64,000 nt of DNA from Vicinamibacteria bacterium. Lineage in GTDB: Bacteria > Acidobacteriota > Vicinamibacteria > Marinacidobacterales > Marinacidobacteraceae. Location: contig OZ219815.1 in assembly GCA_964291235.2 (NCBI GenBank), forward strand, positions 800,001-864,000, given 5' to 3'. Shown piece by piece: positions 57,544 to 64,000 of the stretch (position 1 is its first letter; every line of letters begins with the position of its first letter). The notes below the pieces were generated by a model that ran no database searches, was not told the DNA's origin, and saw only the letters and a program-made list of their open reading frames with translations. Both the position numbers and the translations under genes were made by a program.

Positions 57544-57756
57544 TTAGCCCCACTCCTCCCGGAGTGGTCGCTCCTCGGCGAGACCGTCGGTCGCGCGTCC
57601 TCGCCACATTCCGAATACCTCTGTTCGCCGCCGGTGCGTCTCCACGTACCGATCCACTGCCCGCCGGACGGCTTCCGCGCGCGAAATGCCCTTGTCCCGG
57701 CACAGCTCCGCCAAACGGTCGGCCTGCTCCTGGGGGAGCGAGATCGTTGTTCGCAT
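57544..57756 (-). CDS. CopG/ribbon-helix-helix protein (VapB-like antitoxin, apparently orphan)
   Basis: MRTTISLPQEQADRLAELCRDKGISRAEAVRRAVDRY…VFGMW…DGLAEE..LREEW. Confidence 0.8.
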   Translation of the reverse strand: MRTTISLPQEQADRLAELCRDKGISRAEAVRRAVDRYVETHRRRTEVFGMWRGRATDGLAEERPLREEWG

Positions 57757-57815
57757 GCCGTGGTTGGACGATAGCCGCGTTGGTACGACGATGCGCCACG
57801 CGGCCAGGAGCGCAA

Positions 57816-58334
57816 GGAGCGCCGACCTCCAGCCCGGGTTTCTCATACGTCCGCCACAGAGATCGACGCAGGATGGTTCCCGTCTCGGCGGGAACCCCAC
57901 CAGCCCTCGATGTCGCATGGGCACGGGAACGCCGATCTCCAGATCGGCACAGCCCGCCATAGGCGGGCGGCGGGACGGACCTGGTTGGCCGAAATGGCTC
58001 TCTCTCGGAGCGGATGCCGTGCGCGCGAGCGGCGAGGAACCGCCCGCGGCGCTCCGCTGCGCGGTGCCGGCCCACCGGGTGAACGAGCCCGAAGGTCAGC
58101 GTTCCCGGGCCCGTGGCACCACCAGGGCCTGCTGGGGTTCCCGCCGAGAGGGGACCATCCGGGCACGCGCGGGACCGGGCCGCCGCCCGCCCCCGGCGGG
58201 CTGTGCCGGCCCCCACCCGGAGAACTGGCCTGGAGATCGGCGTTCCCGTGCCGTGGCACCACCAAGGCCTGCTGGGGTTCCCCGCCGAGAGGGGACCAGC
58301 CGGGCTCGCTGGGCCGGCTGGAGGCCGGCGCTCC
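57816..58334. repeat. Degenerate REP cluster (121-bp-family units in both orientations, bounded by inverted REPs)
   Basis: ~57869-57981 resembles the 44714-array unit; inverted units at ~58100 and ~58241; terminal GGAGCGCCGACCTCCAG and GCCGGCTGGAGGCCGGCGCTCC. Confidence 0.75.
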
Positions 58335-58339
58335 TGGTG

Positions 58340-59275
58340 CTATGAACTCGGCGTCGGCTTGCCCGCGCCCTTGATGACCTCCATTGCTGTGGCGACAAAA
58401 CCTGACACGTCGGCGAGATTGGATGGCAGGATGATGGTGTTGTTCGTCCGCGCGAGGTTGCCAAATTCCGACACATACTGCTCGGCCACCCGGATCCGTG
58501 CGGAGTCGAGCCCGCCCGGGGTGGATATCGCCTCCCCCACCTGGCGAATCCCCTCGGCGGTAGCCGTGGCGACCGCGAGGATGGCCTGGGCCTCGCCCTC
58601 CGCTTCGTTGATCTGCTTCTGGCGCTGGGCTTCGGACTCCCGGATGACGCGCTGCTTGTCACCTTCGGCGCGGTTGATCTGCGACTCCCGGTGGGCCTCG
58701 GACTCAAGGATGGTGGCCCGCTTCTCGCGTTCCGCGCGCATCTGCTTTTCCATCGCGGCCAGCACATCCTGCGGCGGCGCGATGTCGCGGATTTCGTAGC
58801 GGAGGACCTTCACCCCCCACGGGTCGCTGGCGCGGTCCACTTCCTCGACCACGGACGCGTTGATCGTGGCCCGCTCCTCGAAGGTGCGGTCGAGGTCGAT
58901 CTTGCCGACCTCGCTACGCAGCGTGGTCTGCGCGAGCTGCGCAATCGCGAACCCATAGTCGCCAATGCCGTAGGAAGCGCGGCGCGCGTCCACGACTTGC
59001 AGGTAGAGCACGCCATCTACGGAGATCTGGACGTTGTCGCGGGTGATGCACACCTGCTGCGGAACGTCGATGGCACGCTCCTTCAGCGAATGCCGGTAGG
59101 CGATGCGGTCCAGAAAAGGCACCAACAGGTGGAAGCCGGCCTTGAGGCTGTCGTGGTAGCGGCCTAGCCGTTCGACCACGAACACCTGCTGCTGGGGCAC
59201 GACCCGGGCGGTGCGGAAGAGCGTGATCACGACGATCAACGCGATCAATCCCGCGATAATTTGAAATGGCGTCAC
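58340..59275 (-). CDS. SPFH/stomatin-like protein (QmcA-like)
   Basis: VVERLGRY, CITRDNV, QLAQTTLRSE.G, WGVKVLRYEI and AMEKQMRAEREKRA. Confidence 0.95.
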   Translation of the reverse strand: MTPFQIIAGLIALIVVITLFRTARVVPQQQVFVVERLGRYHDSLKAGFHLLVPFLDRIAYRHSLKERAIDVPQQVCITRDNVQISVDGVLYLQVVDARRASYGIGDYGFAIAQLAQTTLRSEVGKIDLDRTFEERATINASVVEEVDRASDPWGVKVLRYEIRDIAPPQDVLAAMEKQMRAEREKRATILESEAHRESQINRAEGDKQRVIRESEAQRQKQINEAEGEAQAILAVATATAEGIRQVGEAISTPGGLDSARIRVAEQYVSEFGNLARTNNTIILPSNLADVSGFVATAMEVIKGAGKPTPSS

Positions 59276-59315
59276 AGACTTTTTCCTTTTTCAGCGGCTC
59301 CGCGGCAGCGGGGCG

Positions 59316-59735
59316 TCATTCCGGCTCGACAAACAGGGTGATTCCTTCCATCCGCGCCACCCGTACGCGGCCCCCGGCCTCGATCGGCTGGCCGGAGGCC
59401 GTGCGTGCGGTCCAGCGGGAGCCGCGGAACTCCACGTGTCCCGGCTTGTTCGGCAGGATTTCCGAAGCGGCCGTCCCGGTCTCTCCCACGAGCGAGTCGC
59501 TGCCGACCGGAGTCTTGTCCGCCGAAACCGTCAGACGCCGCCTTACGAAGAAGGCCGAAGCGGCAAGGACGGAGAAGACCAGGAACTGCGGCGCCAGGCC
59601 GGTCAAGCCGACGCCGGCCAGCAGGCCGACGATGATCGCGGCCATCCCGGCAAAGAGCAGCCAGAGCTCGCCTCCCGCCAACAACTCAAGCAACGCCAGG
59701 ATGGCTCCGGCCGCAATCCAGATCCACCAAGCCAC
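59316..59735 (-). CDS. NfeD-family (YbbJ-like) membrane protein
   Basis: N-terminal TMs plus OB-fold LVGETG…GHVEFRGSRWTA…VRV..EGITL.V; next to the SPFH gene. Confidence 0.9.
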   Translation of the reverse strand: MAWWIWIAAGAILALLELLAGGELWLLFAGMAAIIVGLLAGVGLTGLAPQFLVFSVLAASAFFVRRRLTVSADKTPVGSDSLVGETGTAASEILPNKPGHVEFRGSRWTARTASGQPIEAGGRVRVARMEGITLFVEPE

Positions 59736-59752
59736 GGACCGACTCTAGCCGA

Positions 59753-60367
59753 TCAACCGGCCGCCCAGAGCCCCGGGGCCTCGCGGTCCCCCGGGCTCTC
59801 GAGCCCCCAGGCGCGCCACCCCGGAACCTCCCGGCGCGCGAACAGCTCGATCTTGTTCTGCTCCGGGAACATCCGCTCGATCCGCCGCCGCACCTCCGCG
59901 GGTTTTTCGGAGTGCGCCCCCCGTTTCTCGTGGACCAGTTGCCGTTCGTTGCGCGCCCCGCGGGGCACCGGGATCCGGCCGCGCCGGAACACGAGGCACA
60001 GCTCGCACTGGCTCAGCGTGTAAAAGCCCGGGTTCACCCGAACCTTGTCCCAGACGAAGGCGACCGTCGCCCACGCGAATCCCCAGGACTTCCCGAGGTC
60101 GATCGCCTGGTCCAGATGCGGGCTCGTCGCCCACAGGAAGAGCAGGCTTTCATCCGCCGCGATGTCCGCGACCGGAAGCCGTTTCAGGTCATCCAGCGTC
60201 ACGGTGGGGTAGTGCCGGATCGCCCCGCCGGTGTCACCGCTCGCGGGCCCCGCGTGCTGCAGTTGGCCCTTGTAGTCCCAGGGCGGATCGGCGTAGAGGA
60301 TCGCGAAGCGCTCCGCCGGCAGCGGCGGGAACTTCGTTCCGCCCGTGGGCGACCCGTTGGGGCTCAA
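59753..60367 (-). CDS. MT-A70-family adenine methyltransferase
   Basis: YADPPW, LFLWATSP, WGF…FVWDK, HSEKP and IELFAR…GW. Confidence 0.92.
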   Translation of the reverse strand: MSPNGSPTGGTKFPPLPAERFAILYADPPWDYKGQLQHAGPASGDTGGAIRHYPTVTLDDLKRLPVADIAADESLLFLWATSPHLDQAIDLGKSWGFAWATVAFVWDKVRVNPGFYTLSQCELCLVFRRGRIPVPRGARNERQLVHEKRGAHSEKPAEVRRRIERMFPEQNKIELFARREVPGWRAWGLESPGDREAPGLWAAG

Positions 60368-60385
60368 GGGTCGGCGCGCGCTCCC

Positions 60386-61543
60386 TCAGAGAGCCCGGGC
60401 GAAGTCGGCGATCAGGTCCTCCGCCGACTCCACCCCGGTGGAAAACCGCATGAGCCCCTCGTTGATGCCCATCTCCGCCCGCGCCTCGGGGGGAAGGCCG
60501 CTGTGGATGGCGGCAGCGGGCCGGACGATCAACGACTCCACGCCGCCGAGGCTCGCCGCCACGGTGGGCAGAGAAAGGCGTGATGCGAAGGCATCGGCCT
60601 CCTCACCCCCGCCCCCGTGCACGAACGCCAGCATGCCGCCGAACCCGCCGGCCAGCAGCCGGGAAGCGCGGTCGTGCTGGGCGTGGGACTCCAATCCGGG
60701 GTAGTGGACTTCGGCGATCTCGGGGCGGCCCTCAAGAAAACCCGCCAACTCCAGCGCGTTCGCCGACTGGCGCCGGACCCGGAGGCCGATGGTCTTGAGC
60801 CCGCGCTCGAGCAGCACGCAGGCGTGCGGATCCAGCGAACCGCCGAGGTGGTCGAGCGTCAGCTTGATCCGCCGCACCTGCTCCGCCGATCCCGAGACCG
60901 AACCCGCCACCAGGTCGTTGTGCCCGTTCATGTACTTCGTGCAGCTCTCCATCACCAGGTCGAACCCGAGTTCGGCCGGGCGGCAGAGCACCGGGCTCGC
61001 GAAGGTGTTGTCGATCATGGAGATCAGCCCGTTGGCGCGCGCGAATTCGACGACCGCCTCCAGATCCGCCATCTGGACCAGCGGATTCGTCAGCGTCTCC
61101 ACGTAGATCAGCCGGGTGGAGGGCGTCAGCGCCGCCTCCCAGGACGCCGGATCCTGCGGATCGATCTTCGTGTGGCCGATGCCCCAGCGCGGCAGGTCGT
61201 GCGCCAGCATGTTGGCGGTTCCGCCGTACACCACGTCCTGGACCAACAGGTGATCCCCCGCGCTCAGAAAAGTCAGCAGGGCCGACGAAATCGCCGCCAT
61301 GCCGCTGCCGGTGACCAGGGCGTCTTCAGCCCCCTCCAGCGACGCGATCCGGCGATGGAGCACGGCGTGGTTCGGGCTGTTCGAAAGCCGCAGGTAACCG
61401 ACGTCGTGGTACTCCTCGCCGTGGTACTCGAAGTTCGCGGTCTGGAATACCGGGGTCGAGACCGCGCCAAGCGGCCGGGGGTTCAGCGCCCCTTCGTGGA
61501 CGGCGCGGGTGTCGAGGCTCTGGGAACGATCTTCTTCGGACAA
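60386..61543 (-). CDS. Cys/Met metabolism PLP enzyme (cystathionine gamma-synthase/lyase family)
   Basis: SGMAAI, YGGT, ETLTNP, DNTFASP, ESCTKYMNGHND and SLGGVESL. Confidence 0.92.
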   Translation of the reverse strand: MSEEDRSQSLDTRAVHEGALNPRPLGAVSTPVFQTANFEYHGEEYHDVGYLRLSNSPNHAVLHRRIASLEGAEDALVTGSGMAAISSALLTFLSAGDHLLVQDVVYGGTANMLAHDLPRWGIGHTKIDPQDPASWEAALTPSTRLIYVETLTNPLVQMADLEAVVEFARANGLISMIDNTFASPVLCRPAELGFDLVMESCTKYMNGHNDLVAGSVSGSAEQVRRIKLTLDHLGGSLDPHACVLLERGLKTIGLRVRRQSANALELAGFLEGRPEIAEVHYPGLESHAQHDRASRLLAGGFGGMLAFVHGGGGEEADAFASRLSLPTVAASLGGVESLIVRPAAAIHSGLPPEARAEMGINEGLMRFSTGVESAEDLIADFARAL

Positions 61544-61557
61544 ACGGGACTTCCTTT

Positions 61558-61740
61558 AACAGCCTGTGGTGAAACGCACGTGAGCACCGAGACGAGTGAG
61601 GCGCCCGGGTGACAAGGCGCGTGAGAGAGGAATACCGAGTGTATTTCGAACGAAACGCAACGATGAGCGCCTCGCAGAGGCGCGGTTCAGCCGGGATGCA
61701 TCGCTCGTCGAATGCCGCGTGGGTTTCACCACAGGTTGTT
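61558..61740. mobile_element. ~183-bp MITE with ~25-bp terminal inverted repeats
   Basis: Left end AACAGCCTGTGGTGAAACGCACGTG versus reverse complement of right end AACAACCTGTGGTGAAACCCACGCG; no credible coding region inside. Confidence 0.75.
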
Positions 61741-61752
61741 GACCACAGGCGG

Positions 61753-62136
61753 TTAGGAACGGGCGGGGACCGGCGCTTCGTAGGCGGCCGCCATCAGGGG
61801 ATTTTCGACCAGCTCCACGCGGATCACTCCCGAAAAACCGGCCGGAATCCGCCGCGCGAGTTCCCCGTGGACGTAGCGGCAGAGGAACTCGGTGGTCGTG
61901 TTCTCGCCGGGAAATACCTCGTCGAGGTCCGCGTAGCGAAGCGGGGCGAGCGCCTCGCCAAGCGCGTCCTTCGCCCAGGCGAGGTCGAGCAGCACGCCGT
62001 TTGCGTCCAGCTCGGGCCCGCGGAATTCCGCGGTCACCGCGTAGGTGGCTCCGTGGCGGTTCTGCGCCGGGCCGAAGAGCTCGCCGCGGAGCGAGTGGGA
62101 ACACATCACATGGTCGCGGACGGAGATGCTGAACAC
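61753..62136 (-). CDS. 6-pyruvoyl/6-carboxy-tetrahydropterin synthase-like (T-fold) protein
   Basis: VFSISVRDHVMCSHS…HGATY…YADLDE…NTTTEFL…L.E.P. Confidence 0.85.
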   Translation of the reverse strand: MFSISVRDHVMCSHSLRGELFGPAQNRHGATYAVTAEFRGPELDANGVLLDLAWAKDALGEALAPLRYADLDEVFPGENTTTEFLCRYVHGELARRIPAGFSGVIRVELVENPLMAAAYEAPVPARS

Positions 62137-62220
62137 TTGAGAAGGGGCTGCGGCGGGCGCCCGACTGTACCGCCAAGGCGCCCGCGCTCGAATCCGTACA
62201 CTCGCCGCCGGAGGAACCCC

Positions 62221-63057
62221 ATGACCGACCCGTCGTTCGATCCGATGCCGATCGCCGAAGAAATCATTGCCGCGCGCGCCGCTGGCGGGCGCCTTGCCCC
62301 CTTCAGCGGCCGCGTTTCCGGATTCGGCCTCGACGAGGCGTATCGGGTCGCGGGGATCGTGGCCTGCCGCCGGGCGGCGCGTTCCCCCGTGACGGGACGC
62401 AAGATCGGGTTCACGAACCCGGCGCTGTGGGAAAAAGCCGGACTGACCCATCCGGTGTGGGGGAACATGTTCGAGGAGACGGTGACCCGGACCGGACCCA
62501 GCGGGGAAGCTCCGACGATCTCCATGGCGGGATCGGTGGAACCGAAGATCGAGTGCGAAGTGGTGGTCGTGCTTCGGTCCGTCCCCGAAAGGGGTGACCG
62601 GGGAGCCGCGGTGGCCCGCCACGTATCCGAAATCGGCCTCGGCTTCGAGATCGTGGACTCGCCGTATCCCGGCTGGAACATGCGGCCGGCCGACGCGGTG
62701 GCGGCGGGTGGGATTCACCACGGGCTCGCGGTGGGGCCGCTGATCCGGGTGACCGACCCGGAGGCCACCGCGGCGGCAATGGCCGCGCTCGCCGTCTCGA
62801 TGACCCGGGCGGCGGCGACGGACGACCCGGCAGCCGGCGAGCACGTGGCCGACGGCGCGGGCCGCATGGTCCTCGGGAATCCACTAGATGCGGTCGGCGT
62901 GCTCGTGGAGATGGCCGCCGATCAGGGGACTCCGCTCGCCGCCGGCGAAGTCGTCACCACCGGATCGCTGACACCGCCTCTCCCGGCTGCCGCCGGTGAG
63001 GCGTACCGGGCGGTGGCTGGCGGAACCCTCCCGGCAGCGGCAGTAGTGTTACGTTAG
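62221..63057 (+). CDS. 2-keto-4-pentenoate hydratase-like (FAH superfamily) protein
   Basis: GRKIGFTN, PVWG, PKIECE, GFEIVDS, VLGNPL and GEVVTTGSLT. Confidence 0.88.
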   Translation: MTDPSFDPMPIAEEIIAARAAGGRLAPFSGRVSGFGLDEAYRVAGIVACRRAARSPVTGRKIGFTNPALWEKAGLTHPVWGNMFEETVTRTGPSGEAPTISMAGSVEPKIECEVVVVLRSVPERGDRGAAVARHVSEIGLGFEIVDSPYPGWNMRPADAVAAGGIHHGLAVGPLIRVTDPEATAAAMAALAVSMTRAAATDDPAAGEHVADGAGRMVLGNPLDAVGVLVEMAADQGTPLAAGEVVTTGSLTPPLPAAAGEAYRAVAGGTLPAAAVVLR

Positions 63058-63174
63058 ACACCTGCGGAGGCGGCAGCTGGAGCGCCGACGGTCGGGGCTT
63101 CACGCTGCAGCCCATCCGTATTCGAGCCGCGCCACCATGCCGACAACACCGCTCCGCGTAGGGGTGGGGTGACG

Positions 63175-64000
63175 ATGTCCCCGCTTCCGCGGCGCTCGCG
63201 CCCACCCCCGACACCGCCGTTGTTCCACGGCTACTTGCGGTCCATCAGTCGTCCGCACGACGTGTTCCTCAACATGTCGCGGGAATACGGTGACTTCGTC
63301 CGCTGGCGCGGCCTCTACGTTCTTTATTTCGTCAACCACCCGGACTTCGTGCGCGAGATCCTGTCGCCGGGCTCGGAGAGTTTCTCGAAGGACCTGCTGG
63401 ACTACCGCGTGCTGGCGACGTACCTGGGCTACGGGATGATCTGCGCCGACGGCGACGAGTGGCACCGGCAGCGCACTTCCATGCAGCCTTTCTTCGCGGG
63501 CTTGAATCGTTTCGATGACACGATCAACTCCTTCACGTCGTCGTTCCTCTCCAAATGGGAGAGCCGGGTCCACGGAGAGACAGTCTGGCTCGACCGGGAG
63601 CTGGACCACCTGACAGCTCAGATTGCGAGTACCACCGTGCTCGGCCAGGACTCCGATCGTGATTTCGAGAACCTCATCGCCGAACTTCCGGTACTCAACA
63701 AGACCACCCGGGATCCACGCTCTGTCCTCAGGCTCCAACCCTGGATTCCAACACGCCACAATTTGGCGATCAATCGCATCCGGAAGCAGACCGATCGTTT
63801 CGTTTACAAAGCCATCGCCGCTCGCCGCCGTGAAGAGTCCGGAGGCGATGACATCCTGAGCTGGCTCATCCATGCCGCCGAGGAAACCAGTTCACCCCGC
63901 GGGGATGAACAGATCCGTGACGAGGTCATTACGTTCCTGTTGTCGAGTCAGGTCCCCACCACCAACGCCGCAATCTGGACCTTGTATCTGCTCGCCGCCA
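63175..64000 (+). CDS. Cytochrome P450, 3'-truncated by the window (not in the ORF track)
   Basis: Open frame from ATG 63175 to the window end: YGDFV…VNHPDFVREIL, LGYGMICADGDEWHRQR..MQPFF, DDILSWL, DEQIRDEVITFLLSSQVPTT..IWTLYLL. Confidence 0.88.
   Translation, partial: MSPLPRRSRPPPTPPLFHGYLRSISRPHDVFLNMSREYGDFVRWRGLYVLYFVNHPDFVREILSPGSESFSKDLLDYRVLATYLGYGMICADGDEWHRQRTSMQPFFAGLNRFDDTINSFTSSFLSKWESRVHGETVWLDRELDHLTAQIASTTVLGQDSDRDFENLIAELPVLNKTTRDPRSVLRLQPWIPTRHNLAINRIRKQTDRFVYKAIAARRREESGGDDILSWLIHAAEETSSPRGDEQIRDEVITFLLSSQVPTTNAAIWTLYLLAA

Noticed and set aside
63058-63174. Biarylitide/RufO-type MxYxH precursor peptide upstream of the P450
   Set aside because: The only short upstream ORF I found is MPTTPLRVGVG*, which has no YxH motif.
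63100-63873. 257-aa minus-strand ORF
   Set aside because: It is the antisense shadow of the P450 on the plus strand.

Overview
GC-rich bacterial chromosomal window. The Acidobacteria-type VWA protein and TonB-dependent receptor, the many Tat/lipoprotein enzymes and the CARDB-repeat surface protein suggest Acidobacteriota, possibly host- or sponge-associated (inference). It holds about 50 CDSs; I found no rRNA, tRNA, CRISPR array, transposase or integrase. Main content: (1) a putative phosphate/phytate-acquisition locus (kinase-like Omp85, DUF4956, SdiA-regulated propeller, metallophosphoesterase and TamB, with a divergent beta-propeller phytase); (2) a mycobacterial Sdh1/type-F-like succinate dehydrogenase operon; (3) a BCCT transporter with two Tat-lipoprotein sarcosine-oxidase-like paralogs; (4) three toxin-antitoxin pairs, an orphan RHH gene and a WYL regulator; (5) much non-coding repeat structure: a REP-like family in 217-bp inverted-repeat elements, a 4x121-bp tandem, a 24x32-bp array bracketed by two 217-bp elements, and a ~183-bp MITE. 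Features the ORF track misses or obscures: an internally deleted Rieske (KshA/Neverland-like) pseudogene, a 68-bp gene-fragment duplication with only synonymous substitutions, and a window-truncated cytochrome P450 with Val-Pro in place of the I-helix acid-alcohol pair. All calls come from motif recognition by eye; no database searches were run.
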